From the human T2T-CHM13v2.0 reference genome, Homo sapiens: 64,000 bases of DNA. A program made the position numbers and the translations under genes. Positions 36,921 through 52,240 of this stretch are shown one piece after another. The number at the start of each line of letters is the position of its first letter. The stretch's first letter is position 1. The stretch lies in NCBI RefSeq assembly GCF_009914755.1, contig NC_060940.1. The stretch is one strand, 5' to 3'. The notes under the pieces are model-generated. The model was not told where the DNA came from, searched no databases, and worked only from the letters and a program-made list of their open reading frames with translations.

Positions 36921-38289
36921 TTCATTAGTTTTCTGCTGTTGTGTATAAAAGCTATTGGGTTTTTAAAAATTGGCCTTGTGTTTGTGTGCACACTCCTGAG
37001 TGTGCATATGCACAAGTGTGCATACGTGTATGGAGTAGCCACACTCACAAGAGCGTGGATCACTTGGACTGCTTCTGACTGTACATCACAGAAACCCCAT
37101 CTCAAGCTGGCTTAGATGGTGAAGAGCTTTATCATCTCATCCACCCTTAACATCAGAGGTGGCTGCGTGTGACAAGAGGGGACACAGGCTTCCTTGACCA
37201 CGTCCAGCAGAACAGAGCGAGCTCATCTCCACACATGGATGGTAGCTCTCTGCCTTTCCAAGCAAATCGCTCCATTGGCCCAAAGGCAGGGTTCTGAAAG
37301 AAGTTTCAGATGTAGGCCATTGGAAACAAAGCATGCAGAATGGAGGACAGCTGCTTGGAAAGGTGCAAAGCATCAAGGGGATTGTCTCTGCAGTGGTGTT
37401 GATTCACTCAGCAGCTGCACTTTGTCATGACTCAGAATCCTACTTCCTGTTCATGTGCCTGCTCACCCTAGCTACCTTCTCTCCCACAAGGTAGCAGTCA
37501 CAGCTCCCGGGTCACTTCCAAAATATGACACTATCTGACCCATAGTGGAAGGCTGCCACTTCCACTACATCTCATTTTATCCATGAGGAAACTTCACAAA
37601 AGCCCCGCCTGCTTTCCCTCATTGGCCAAATAGCATCCAGGCGGATCCTGAACCCCGGGGGAGTGAGCTTACTATGGCTGGGTGGATTAATCTAATGGGA
37701 GGTGGGGAGAGGAATGCCACCCTGGGTTTGCAGTGGCATGGAGGAGGTGGATGCCAGTGGAGACAGAGGTTAGGAGGAGGGCGGAAACTCTGAGCCTTTC
37801 CTTCCAGTCTCTCTGTCCTGATCTCCAAGGCTCACAATTGCTCTTTGGGGAACAGAGTGTGTGGGGGTATGCACACTTGTGCACGTGGAATTGTGTAGTC
37901 AGGGAAGACCTCCTGCAGGAAGGAGGGAGAGAAGGAGCATGTTCTCAACTGGGGGGAAATGTGGGCAAAAGGGAGGAGCCAGAATGAGCAGCCAGAGTGC
38001 CACATCTGCAGAGAAAATGTTGCTTGCACCAGATGTGTCTTTCATCTGTACATTTCTTGAACAGAGAAGTAGGCCTTCAAATATGACTCAAGTCTGAATC
38101 CAGTGATTCTCTTTCATTCACTCAACAAATGAAATGTCTTTTGAGCACCTACTCTAAGCAGGACCCCATGCCAAGCACAGATGATTCAGCAACAGATAAG
38201 ACAAATGCCAGGCCCTCGTGCACTCCCATTCAAGAGGGCAGGGCCACCTCACTCTATCCTCTGTGTGGTGGCTGTGTGCCCAGCTCAGA

Positions 38290-38936
<647 letters not shown>

Positions 38937-39535
38937 GATGGGCAGAGCCATGTCTGCCTTCCATGCCACTGTGGCCCTTGAGGGCAGAGACCCTTGGCAT
39001 GAAGTGCTCGTAGCTGCTGGCTCAGAGGAGTCCCCCTGCCTGCCAGGGATGTCTGCCCATGGCTACACCTCCTCTCTGGGGCCATCCACATTCAAGGAGT
39101 TGTTGAGGTGCAGTACAAAGATCTGGACCCTCTCAATTTGGGACAACTCCAAAGGGCCTGTGGGATTCCAAAACTCCCTGTGGGGTTAGCAGAGGCCTCT
39201 GCTCTAATGACACCTCTGCCCAACTTCTCCCCCTGCTCAACCTCGACCCCCTCACCCCCAGGTGTGGGTCCTGAGAGTGCTCCCTGACAGTCCTCCTGGG
39301 CGCACATCTCCATTTCATTGCCTGGATCCCAGAGACCCAGTCTAAGAGAGATCGGTTGTACTACATATAAATGAAAGAACAATTTTAGAATTTTCAAATT
39401 TCTCCTTTTGCACATGCACATGTGTCCTTTTGCACACACACTCACAGATACACATTTATATATACTTGGGGGGGTTAAACTCTTGCAGAGAGAGGAAGAG
39501 GTATTTTTAATTCAGGCGACAAGGGATCAAATTAG

Positions 39536-39991
<456 letters not shown>

Positions 39992-40167
39992 TAACAGATG
40001 GCATTTGTTGAGCATGTGCTAGGTGCCAGGCACTCTGCTGGGCACTTCACATGCCCATCTTATTTTCACTATAACCATATGAGGTAGGCACTGTCATGGG
40101 CATTTTAAGATAAGGGGAGTGAGGCTCAGAGAGGTTAAGTAACTTGCCTGAGATCACATACAGAGGA

Positions 40168-40603
40168 TGTCAGTTGAGGATTGATTGGAGAAGCGCAGCC
40201 CATACCACAGATACAGCGAAACAGATTTATTATGGAGGTTAGACCTTACATAATTGTGCAGGTGGTTGCCTCTGCATCAGGTAGAGCCTGGAGTCATGCT
40301 ACGTCAGCCTCCTGAGGAAGGAAGGCTGTAAATGGACGAGGGCAGGGCGGATTGGAAGCAGCGTCTGCCTGTCTTCACTTTCTCCAGCTTCGATGCCCTG
40401 GGTGAGCTGGAGGAAAAGCTGGTGCGCTTCCCTATGGAGCTGCACACACACTGGCCGGGACTGGGAGATGCTGAGGGAGACTTAGGAAAAGGTGGAGAAG
40501 CCAGGTGCTGTCCCTGCCAATCAGGCGAGCCAGCAGGTCAGGGATAGCAATGTGTGAGCTGCCCCAGGGCCTGGGACCCCATGCTGACTTTGAGCGTAAA
40601 AAC

Positions 40604-40680
<77 letters not shown>

Positions 40681-40814
40681 GGCTGCTGCTTCACTTCCGC
40701 CTTTCAGCTTTCACCAAATGTCTGTTTCAGCCAACATGAACTTAGAACCATATGGAAATTCTTGGACAACGTGGTTCCAGCTCAGCTACGTTGATGCAGT
40801 GCCAAGGCATCGCA
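40168..40814 (-). mobile_element. LTR40-like ERVL LTR
   Basis: gatttattatggaggttagaccttacataattgtg and a terminal segment matching recalled LTR40; (TA)n at 40604-40680 inside. Confidence 0.7.
40401..40588 (+). pseudogene. Decayed APOA4-like coding fragment inside the LTR
   Basis: GELEEKLVRFPMELH versus APOA4 [15 protein letters not shown]; gccaatcaggcgagccagcaggtcagggat parallels APOA4 [10 protein letters not shown] codons; frameshifted. Confidence 0.7.
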
Positions 40815-41039
40815 GACACAGGGAAGAGCCCAAATCTGGGCTTGTCTGCCTTGTGCCAAAGCCCATGGAGCCTGATTTTCACTTTGTCCAGCAAGAAGTG
40901 GGTGGGTAAGGAAGGGGCTGATGGGGACATGGGGCTGTACACATGAATGTGACTTCGGGACTGGCTGGGTAATATAAAGAGGGTGAAGTGACCTGGGTTA
41001 AGGGTATGGAGTGGTGGGAACAGTGACAAACTGAAGAAC

Positions 41040-41291
41040 ACATGCCCCGTCTAAAGAGGGTGGCCACTGGATTGTTGCTATTCAAAAACGTGGGCACAGT
41101 GTGGTTGGATCAGCTGATTTTTTTTTTCACTATAAACTGGAGATATGAAGTTTGGTGTGTATGGGTGCATAAAATCTGCCCATTTGAATATGTTGGCAAC
41201 CAATTTGAATTTTCTAGATATCACTGTGCAAGCCAAACAAAATATGACTGTGGATTGAATTTGCCCCTGGGCTCCCAGTTTGTGACCCTTG
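41040..41291. mobile_element. MER103C-like hAT element
   Basis: tgttggcaaccaatttgaa..ccaaacaaaa..gaatttgccc..ccagtttgtgaccc. Confidence 0.6.
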
Positions 41292-41812
41292 ACCTTGGAG
41301 ACTTCTCTCCTGGCAGACCCTCCTCAGCATGTTTCCCTAACCTCTGAAATGCTGCTGACCGAAGGCCCCTCCATTCTCCCAGAAGATGTGGTGGCAGCCC
41401 CCAGCCTCTGGCTCCAGCCCCCATGCCAGGATGGTCACAGGAACCTTCTTTTCCCCTTGTTTCTGGCCAAATCTCAATGGGGGAGATGTCCAGACCAGAC
41501 GCAGTCTACAGAAAGGCATTACTGGATTTGAGGCAAGGACAGGGTCTTCTGCCTCCCCTGTTGGTGCTTGCAGTCCCCTGTCCTCTGCATCTGTCAGGGA
41601 TGTGAATGCTTTTTTTCTCCCACAATAAAGAAGATAGGTTTCGTTCTTCAACATGAAAACATTTTCATGTTTACATCTGTACAGTCATAAATGCAAACAT
41701 GTGCTCATGTAAACTATTTTTGTTGATGTACTTTCTCTACCTTATTGCTTGGCCCTTCTCTACTGTTTTTTCTCCCTCTCCCTCTGAACCCGCCCTAGCG
41801 AGCTAGTAGCAT

Positions 41813-42900
41813 TGTTATGAGATCTCTGAGGTGCCGATTTTTCCGGCTGGAAACCTCTGTGGCCACAGCGCCTTTGTTCAAGTTCTTGTCCTGCATCCAG
41901 GAAGAATGAGGTACGCAGAAAAGTGAAGGGTGAAGAAGAGGACTTTTATTTAGTTTAGAACAGCTCAGAAGAGTGGGCAGCTCCTCTCTGTAGGCAGGTG
42001 GTCCAGCCGAGCGTTCAGCTCTTAACAGAGAGGAGGCCCTGAAGAGGGTGGCTCCTCTCCACAGGCAAGTCATTTGGACGTCTCTGCCGGTCTCTGATGT
42101 GCTCAGCGGAGAGGGTACTCCTCTCTGCAGCTGGTCGTCCAGTCCTGTCCTCTCTCTGCCCTCTTAGTCCTCTGGCCATCCTCTGCCTTGCTCTGGCTGA
42201 GCACAGGTCTTTTATAGACCTCAGAGGGGAAGAAATGCATACTGATTGGTTCATGGGCAGAGACAGGGTGGGGAAGGAGCGGGGGCCGGGTGGAAGAGGC
42301 ACCGTGAGTCCCCACTCCAGTCTGCGGGATTGGCAGCCCGGCTCCTAGCCTTCATGCCCTACCTGGCCTGAAGGTGGGGCCTTACTGAAGACCCCCCCGC
42401 TTCCGCCCAGGACCCTGCCTCCGCTTCCATTCAAGGCCCAGGGGCTTGGCCCCAAACCCCCAACGAGATCGGAGCTGGCGCCAGGAGAGGAAAGAGGTCA
42501 GGCTGCAGGAAGAGACACCCCCGAGCCAGCAGGGACGGTGTGTGTAGGGGGGCCTTCCAGGTCCCCCAAGGGTGCAGGCTGCAGAGACACCCAGGTCCTG
42601 CACCTGGGAGGGCAGCTGAAGCCGCACCTGGGGAGGCGGATCCTGCTGCTCCTGGCCCTCCTCCAAGAGCACAGGGAGGCTCGGAACCACAGCTGCAGTT
42701 TGGGCAGCTGTAGCCCCGCCCAGGAGGGTGGGGCTCCTGCCTGCTCCCAGGAGGCCTGGGTCTGCAGCTGCAGTTTGGGTGGCTGCAGCGCACCCAGGGA
42801 GCTCCCTTCCCAACTCAGAAGGGGCGGGGCTCCCACTGGCACCATGGAGTGTGCAGCCCCAGCCAGGCAGCCGTCGTGATGGCAGCAGCCACTGCCATCA
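41813..42900 (-). mobile_element. MER52-group solo LTR (shorter variant)
   Basis: TG..CA termini, perfect TSD GCAT, homologous to 4978-6577 in reverse. Confidence 0.85.
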
Positions 42901-42964
42901 GCATCTTCCCATGTTCTTATCCCTTCTTATGTAATCGTATATACACATACATATATACTTTCAT

Positions 42965-43258
<294 letters not shown>

Positions 43259-43809
43259 GAAAGTCTTTCTGATCATTGTTTAGAATGCCCGGATGAAACA
43301 TTATATACGATCTTCTGCATTGTGCTTTTCTTCTCCTACATTTGGCAACCCCGTGGTCCAGGTCTAATTCATTCTTCGTGCTGTCTGTGTAATATTCTTG
43401 AGTGTGCTGTGCCATCATTCATTTAGTCATTTCTTACTGAAGGACACTTAGCCTGCACATTAATTAACATGAACCAAGGCTATGCTGTGGCCACCAGGAA
43501 ACTCTGAAATTGTAGCATCTTAACAAAACAAGGGTGTTGATTTCTTGCTCCTATTGTAATGCAGTATATTTGGGCAGCCCTTGGGTGGTCTCCTCAGAGC
43601 TTTCATCTCAGGGATCGAGCTCCTTCCATCTCCATCTTGGGGTCTCGGCAGTTGCCACAGAAGGGGAAGAGAGAGAAGGAGCATGAGGCCGTGGGCTTCA
43701 TGGCCACACGTCACTTCTTCGCCCCAGTCCCTAGCCAGAACCCAGTCACATGGTTTCAGCCAAACTGCCAGGGAGGCTGGGAAATAAGGTGTTCCCTGTG
43801 TGGCCCATC

Positions 43810-44450
43810 TCTGCCATACTTTGTTTCAAGGTTGCTTTTCTTGTCATTATGAAAATTGATTCAATAAACACCTTTCTTTACTTGTCCTCAGGACATGGTG
43901 GTTTCATTTCTATCATATTTCCAGGGTTAGAACTGTTGGGTTAAAGGGAATATTTTAAATGCAAAATTTGTATTTTAAAAGTGAAATTTTTCATGTAACT
44001 CCTCAAGCTTTAATTGAAGTTGCCAGATTCCTTCTCAAAAAGTCTGTAACAATTTGCATTTTCAGCAACAACGCATGAGGGTAGCTTTTTCCTAAATCTC
44101 TGCCAGCCCTTGTGTTATTGTTCTTTTCAAGTTTCCTCTGTGATATCTCATTGTCAGTTTCATTTGCATTTCTCTGACCACTAATGAGTGTGAGCATCTT
44201 TTCATTTGTCCGTGGTCATTTGGCTTCATTCTTTGGTGAATTGCCTATTCATGTCCTTTGCCACAATTTCTTTTGGGTTGCTTGCCCTTTTCTTTTCAAT
44301 TTGTAAGAGCTCTTTGTATATTATAGATGGTAACCTTTCGTCCACTGCATCACAAATATTTTTCCCCAAATGTATTGTTTGTCTATCACCTTTGCTTATA
44401 GTATGTTTGTCTTTCAGAAGATGAACACGTTTGTGAAGCCAAACGTGTCT
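43810..44450 (-). mobile_element. Old L1 (L1ME-like)
   Basis: catttgcatttctctgaccactaatgagtgtgagcatcttttcat. Confidence 0.75.
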
Positions 44451-44454
44451 TTTT

Positions 44455-44475
44455 TATTTATTTCTTATTTATTTC

Positions 44476-44512
<37 letters not shown>

Positions 44513-44800
44513 TTTGAGATGGAATCTCTCTCTGTCACCAGGCTGGAGTGCAGTGGCGTGGCGTGATCTTGGCTCACTGCAGCCTCTACCTCCTGGGTTC
44601 AAGCGATTCTCCTGCCTTAGCCTCCCAAGTAGCTGGGATTACAGGCACCTGCCACCACGCCCAGCTAATTTTTGTATTTTTTAGTAGAGATGGGGTTTCA
44701 CCATGTTGGCCAGGCTTGTCTCAAACTCCTGACCTTGGGTGATTCGCCCATGTTGGCCTCCCCAAGTGCTGGGATTACAGGTGTGAGCCACCATGCCTGC
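44455..44800 (-). mobile_element. AluS
   Basis: Dimeric Alu. Confidence 0.9.
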
Positions 44801-45469
44801 CCTATCTCTTTTATTTTTATATGCTGGATTTTCACCCCTGGAGGGTCTCTCCTTACTTGGGTCTTTTAAGAAGCTGCTCTCCATCATGGGCTTTGAACTG
44901 TGAGAGGCTTCACTCATAACCTCTCCTGGGTATCTGCTGTCACCCTTGCTACCTGGCCATGTGATGTCCAATGGTCCCAGACCTGATTCCTACAAAACTT
45001 TCCACGCATTTGAGAGCTGAGCTATCAAGGTCACACAGAGTGTCAGGGAGGCAAGTATACCCCGGAGGGGCCCTGAGCTTGGAGTCTGAGATCTGAGTAC
45101 TAGAATTGGCTTTGAGTCACCTGTGTGAGCTTGGCTGAATCACTTGGCCTCTTTGGACCTCAATGGCCTCATCTGAAACATGGGCATAACCCTTGCTCAG
45201 CTGACTTCCCGGGGTGCTGTGAATATCAGGTGATACAACAGAGGTCCAGGTACTCTGTACAAGATTTGCAGCCCTGTAAAGATTTTGAGATGCAACAATA
45301 TTGTGACAACTGACAACTTCTGAGTCTTGACAGTGAGTGACTTTACATGCATGGTCTCATTTAATCCTCAGCAATTCTAGAACATAGGTATCATTACCCT
45401 CTTCTTAGAAATAAAGAAACATGGGCTCAGAGTGGGTAAGTTAGATGTCCAAGGTTGCACAGCAAATAG

Positions 45470-45908
<439 letters not shown>

Positions 45909-46354
45909 GAGGACTTTAGATGTTTTTTTTTTTTTTTTTTTTTTGAGAGAGAGACTATGTGGAGCTTGAAGGTTGATATGAGCAACATGGGACATTTTGC
46001 AAAACAACTTAGGTGTTTCCTGAGAGGACTGAAAGCTTTCAAGTGGATAGGGGTGACCTCCAAGCAAAACTGGGAGCACGGAAGGTACACAGAGCATCTG
46101 ATATAACATTGTACCAGGCAGAAGGAGGCAGGACCAGCGGTGGGGACTGGCCCTTGCACCAAGAGAGTGGAGGATTGGCCATGACAGGTGTTAAGGGCCG
46201 TGGGTCTGGAGCTCATGGAGCCAAGGTAGCTCTGAAGAGTAGAGGCAGAGGTTCTGCCAGACTCACGCTGGGCTGTGGCTAAATTGCTGATGGGTGGACA
46301 GCCAGGGCACCTTGGGATATGGCTGCTGATTCCACAGACTTGAAGTCCCCAGTG

Positions 46355-46890
46355 GCAATGGCAGGCACTGTGATCATCTCCCTACAGCCTGACCCCCTTT
46401 CCTTGCTCATAAGACCCCAATCCCATGGCCACGTCTTCAGAGGAGACTGATCTTCTCCCTGTCATGGAGGTCAATTTAGACCAGAACAAGCCAACCCCAC
46501 ATAGTGCCATTCTCTTGAACAGAAATGGGCCTGTGATACAATTCTAGACAATGAGAAGAGAAGGCAGAAGAGGGGGACTTCTTGGCTTCTAAAATGAAGC
46601 TCAAGGATGGATGCTTCTTTTTCCAGCTTTGGCTTTTGTTGTGTGAGGACGTGATGCTTGGCACGGCTGCAGCCATCCTGTAACCATGAGGAGGACGAGC
46701 TCTCAAAGGGTAGCAGAGTAGCAGGAAGCAGAAACACAGTGGTTGGAAGTGACAGTACACTTGACCCAGTGAATTAACCAAACCCAGGAGGCCCAGCCCT
46801 TGGGCTTGTTTTGTGAGATGATATGTTTCTCTCATTTAAGCCACTTTGATTTGGGTTTTCTGTCAATTGCTGTCAAATGCAGCCTATCTT
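46355..46890 (+). mobile_element. MLT1K-like MaLR LTR
   Basis: gtgatgcttggcacggctgcagccatcctgtaaccatgag; atttaagccactttgatttgggttttctgt. Confidence 0.7.
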
Positions 46891-46954
46891 GGCTTATTTT
46901 TCAGGGTAAAACCAGAGAGTCAAGGTGGGATGTGAGAGACATGATCTAGTTTAG

Positions 46955-47890
46955 CAGTTCTCAAGTGTTTTTATCTTATAACCACTCTATGCTCTTACAT
47001 TTTTTAAGGACCCCAAAGAATCTTTGCTCACGTGGGTTATGCTTATCAATATTTACTATATGAAAAAATTAAATAGAGAATTTGAAAATACATATATTTA
47101 ATAATTTTTCAAAAGCCCATCTTATATTAACATAAATAACATTTTTAAAAAATGAAAAAAACCCTCAGATTTTCCAAAACAAAAAACTTTTGTTTGAAGA
47201 GTGGCATTGTTTTTCATTTTAGCAAATCTCCTAATGTCTGGCTTAATAGAAAACAGCTGGATTCTCATATCTGCTTCTGCATTCAATTTGTTCTAATACC
47301 ACATGTCGTGTAGCCTCTGAAAAACTCCACTGTACACTCAGGAGAGGATGAGATGAAAATGGCAAATGTCTCAGTATTTGTAGTAGTTTTCTGGGGGCGG
47401 CCGCAACAAATTACCACTAAGTTGGTGACTTTCAACAACAGAAATTTATTCTCTTATGGTTTTAGGGGCCAGAAGCAAGGTCTCAACTAGATTGTACCTT
47501 CTCTAGAGAACCTAGGAGAGTTCTGTTCTCAGCTTCTGGTACCTGTCTGCATTCCTTGGCTTGTGGCTGCGTCACTTCAATCTCTGTTTCTGTCTTCACA
47601 TCGACTTCCCCTCTGTGTTCTATCTTGTGAGGACACTGTCATTAGATTTCCAGATAATCCAGAATGACCTCTTCATCTCAAGATCCTTAATTTAATTGCA
47701 TCTACAAGGATGTTTTTGCTGAATAAAATCACATTTACAGTTTCTGGGGATTAAGACATGGGCATATCTTTTGGGAGCCACCATTCAATCTACTACAGTA
47801 TTATTATGAAAGTAAATTTGACTGTGGAACTTCTGAAAGGGACTTGCAGATTCTTGGGATCCCTGGATCACACTTTGAAAACCAAGGATC
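46955..47890. mobile_element. Charlie1-like hAT DNA transposon remnant
   Basis: gaccccaaaga..gtgggttat; gcaaatctc..aatgtctggcttaatagaaaacagctggattctcatatctgc. Confidence 0.75.
47379..47797 (-). mobile_element. MLT1B/C LTR nested in Charlie1
   Basis: TG..CA termini, perfect 5-bp TSD GTATT. Confidence 0.85.
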
Positions 47891-48976
47891 TAGTTCAATA
47901 GCTTCCACACATGCACAGGTAGTTTCCAAGGCAAACAATGGAAGGAGGCCAAATATTCTTTGCCTAGTAAACTGGTGAAAATAAATTTTCTAGGTAGAAT
48001 CCTAGGGGAAAGAGCCCAGAAAAGTGGGAGGAGAGATGTACAGTGTGTGAGAGAGGACTAAGACTAGATGGAAGACTGGAGGTTGGGAGAACAATGGCGG
48101 ATGGAGGGATCTTAAGTATAGGGATGCATAATTTGGGGTTTGCTGCATGCTGCTGTGACATAATCCCCTCCATCTCCCTACAACTGATCAAGGCTGATGT
48201 TCACAAAGAGCTTCATGTGAGTGATGCTGGTGGAGAGAGGAGCATTCAAGGGAAGCTGCTGGGGCTCCTCTGTGAAGCAGGACATAAAACAGGACCTGGA
48301 GAATAGAATGAAATGACCCCCCACTTGGCCAGGTCAGATGGGAATTTGGAGGGTAGGAGTGATGAAGAAAACCTAAGAGAGCCCCACAGACTGTGAGAGA
48401 GGTGGGGTTCCCATCCCTACACTCCTAGGATTGGTGGAGAGATCAGCCTGGTTTTTTGGCAAGCAAGGCAGTTGGGCTTCACATCTCAAAGGACAGGTAC
48501 CCCAACCAATGCCCCAGTTACCTAGTTCAACCATAAGTGGGATAAGGAATCCAGACAGCTCAGACTCCTTTGCATGACCCACCATCCCATGGTGCCCCTT
48601 GGGAGACTCGGGACCCCCTAACCCCTAACCCAGGCATGTGGATCACATTTAAAACATCCAAGATGTAGTCCATCCCCTCCCCATTTTACAGACAGGGAAT
48701 CACAATGAAAATGATTGGTGATCAACACATCAAAAAATGCCAAAAAAACCCCTTGGAACCCCATAAACTCCTTTATGTCACAGAAATCAGCTTTAGGGTG
48801 GGAAAAAACAAAACCAGAAAATGTCTGCCATGTATATGAAAGATGAAAGCCTTTAATATGCAAAAAATAAATCAAGTGCACTCAGTAGAAAGAAAAATAG
48901 GCAAAAGACATGAACAGGCAATTTAGAGAAGAAATACACACAGCAAATAAATATGAAACAAGATGTTCAGTCTCAC

Positions 48977-49321
48977 TGCTATGGTCTGAATGTTTTTTGC
49001 CCCTCCAAAATTCATATGTTAAAATCTAATCACCAATGTGGCGATAGGAGATGGGACCTTGGGAGGCTCTCCTCTCATGATCAGGGTTAGTGCCCTTAAA
49101 CAAAGGGCCCCAGTCAGCTGCTTTGCCCTGTCCACCTTGTGAGGACACAGCAAGAAGGTACCATCTGTGATTCAGGAAATGCGCCATCACAAGATGCCAA
49201 ATCTGCTGGTGCCTTGATCTTGGACTTTCCAGCCTCCAGAACCATGAGAAATAAAGCTCTGTTGTTTGTCAGCCACCCAGTGTATCATATTTTGTTATAG
49301 CAGCCTGAATGGACTAAGACA
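48977..49321 (+). mobile_element. MLT1A/MSTD-like LTR nested in an old L1
   Basis: tgctatggtctgaatg ... ggactaagaCA, TSD ctcac/ctcat. Confidence 0.8.
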
Positions 49322-49943
49322 CTCATTAAAAATGAAAGAAAAACAAATATCTATAATGAGTTATAATTTTTCACATATCAGTTTGGCTATGACTGGCAAT
49401 TAAAATAATTGATAGTATCCAGCATTGGCAAGCGGGGAAGGGAAATTGACCCTTTGTACTGTTGAGGGTAGAATTAATTGGTACAGTCATTTGGAAGGCA
49501 GCTAGAAAGTGTGAATCAAGATGCAAAATGTACTTGTCCTTTCACCCAGCAGTCCCACTTCTGTAAAATGGGGACAGTAAGAATCCCTATTTCATTGGAT
49601 TGTTGAGAGGCTCAAATGAGCTAATCTGTGAAAGACACATAAAAAAACACAGTGCCTAGCAGAAAGGGCTTGGGAAATATCAGCTACTATTCTTAGGAAT
49701 TTATCCTAGGATGTAAGCCCCCATGTACAAAATGATGCATGTACAGGAGATGTTCTCTGCCACATTGTTTTCAATACCAAAAAATGGAGACAAATTGTTT
49801 GCTCACCAAGAATGAAGGAGGCTAATTTCAGTAGGGCAGTGCTCTCCACTAATGCAGGATGAACCAGAAAAATCCTGAAAGTCCTTGGCTGACACTTCTG
49901 TTTTGCTGCCTGGGTGTGATCCCCTCTCCTTAATTTGCCTTAA

Positions 49944-50250
49944 TTCCTTTCTTCTTCTTCTTCTTCTTCTTCTTCTTCTTCTTCTTCTTCTTCTTCTTCT
50001 TCTTCTTCTTCTTTCTTCTTCTTCTTCTTCTTCCTCTTCCTCTTCCTCTCCTTCTCCTTCTCCTTCTTCTTCTTCTCTCTTCCTCTTCCTCTTCTTCTCT
50101 TCTTCTTCTTCTTTTCTTCTTCCTCTTCCTCTTCTTCTTCCTCTTCCTCCTCCTCCTCCTCCCCTCCTCCTCCTGTTCTTCTTCTTCTCCTTCTTCTTCT
50201 TCCTTTCTTTCTTCTCCTTCTCCTCCTCCTCCTTCTCCTCCTTCTTCTTC

Positions 50251-50268
<18 letters not shown>
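49944..50268. repeat. Polypyrimidine tract including pure (CTT)21 at 49951-50013
   Basis: Read directly; it is the expanded tail of the adjacent Alu. Confidence 0.95.
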
Positions 50269-50553
<285 letters not shown>

Positions 50554-51496
50554 TGCTGCTGCCTTAACTTTTACTCAAACCTTTTATTGTTGACTTTTTA
50601 TGTTGATTCGATATTTCCTGAGATGCAAGGATATCTATCACAGCATTGTTTATAATAGCAAAAAATGAGAAATGACCAAAATGCTCACAGTAGGAGACTG
50701 GCAATGTCAAGAATGATTCCTTCATGAGAGAAGGGGGTAGTAGGGGAATAATTAAAGATATGGGGACATAGTCAGACTATAGGGAAGTTAGAAAAGCAGG
50801 TTACAAAATGCTATTTGCAGACAAAATGCTGAAAGAAGCCTAAAACTGAAGAGCACTCTATGTGACTCAACATAAGGTTGAAAAACAGGCCATATTAATC
50901 TATGCTACTAGAAGTCAGGAAGGTGGTCACTTTTTTGGGGAAGTAATAATTGGGAGGGCCCCAAGCCACCACCTTGTGAGGGGCTAGTAGGGTTCTGTTT
51001 CTTGAGCTGGAAGCTGGTAACATGGGTGTGTCCACTTTGTGATTCCTCAAGCCGCATCCTTGTGAGGTGTGCCCTTTTCTGTACAGATGCTCTATTTCAA
51101 TAAAGAATAAAAGATACCCACTGGCATTAGAGTTTGATCTCATCTAAATAGCCATGTACATGTACATGCATAGAAACAAGACTAGAGAAGCATTTCCTCT
51201 ATTATATCTAAAATTGTTTCTGGGTGATGAGATTAGGAGTAATTTTTATTTTCTTTTGTGTGCTTATCAATATTTTTTTACTTGTCTCCAATGAGTATGT
51301 ATTACTTTTATAATAAGGAGAAAATATGCATCATTGAGACTTTTTGATTGTAAGAGTCAGACACTCAACTCAATCTTATATAAATAAAAAATGTGTAATT
51401 AATTGGTACAAGTGACTTGAAAAGTCTGGAGATGGATTTAGTTTCAGGACTGGAGTGCATGTAGTGACTTAAGCTTTAGTCGAAGCTCTTTAAGTT

Positions 51497-51855
51497 TGTA
51501 TTAGTCCGTTTTCACGCTGCTGATAAAGACATACCCACGACTAGGCAATTTACAAAAGAAAGAGGTTTAATTGGACTTACAGTTGCATGTGGCTGGGGAA
51601 GCCTCATAATCATGGCAGAAGGCAAGGAGGAGCAAGTTACATCTTACATGGATGGCGTCAGGCAAAGAGAGAGAGAGTTTGTGCAGGGGAACTCCTCTTT
51701 TTTAAACCATCAGATCTTGTGAGACTTATTCACTATCATGAGAATAGCATGGAAAAGACTTGCCTCCATGATTCAATTACCCCTCACGGGGTCCTTCCCA
51801 CAACACGTGGAAATTCAAGATGAGATTTGGGTGGGGACACAGCAAAACCATATCA
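51497..51855 (-). mobile_element. THE1B-like solo LTR
   Basis: Complete TG..CA termini, perfect TSD AAGTT. Confidence 0.9.
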
Positions 51856-51895
51856 AAGTTGCAAGTGACAGACAGTCAGTTTGAATTGACATAAA

Positions 51896-52240
51896 CAGCA
51901 GGGTGCAGTGGCTCACACCTGTAATCTCAGCACTTTGGGAGGCCAAGGCAGGAGGATCACTTGAAGCCAGGAGTTAAAGACCAGCCTGTACATTCTAGTA
52001 TAGCGAGACCTCATCTCTACCAAAAAAACAAAACAAAACAAAACAAAAAAAACAAAAAAAAAAACAGTAAAAAATTAGCTGGACTTGGTAGTATGCACCT
52101 ATAGTTCTAGCTACTTTGGTGGCTAAGGCAGGAGGGTGGTTTGAGCTCAGGAGGTTGAGGCTGCAGTGAGCTATGATGACATCACTGTACTCTAGCCTGG
52201 GCAACAGAGTGAGATTCTGTCTCTAAAACAAACAAACAAA
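51896..52240 (+). mobile_element. AluJ with expanded central A-rich linker
   Basis: Dimeric Alu. Confidence 0.9.

Noticed and set aside
40332-40547. Functional apolipoprotein gene or classic processed pseudogene
   Set aside because: Only ~190 bp, frameshifted, no poly(A) tail or TSD of its own, and internal to an LTR.
42382-42879. Overlapping ORFs over 110 aa and a CpG-rich patch resembling a promoter
   Set aside because: All lie inside a GC-rich MER52-group LTR bounded by a TSD.
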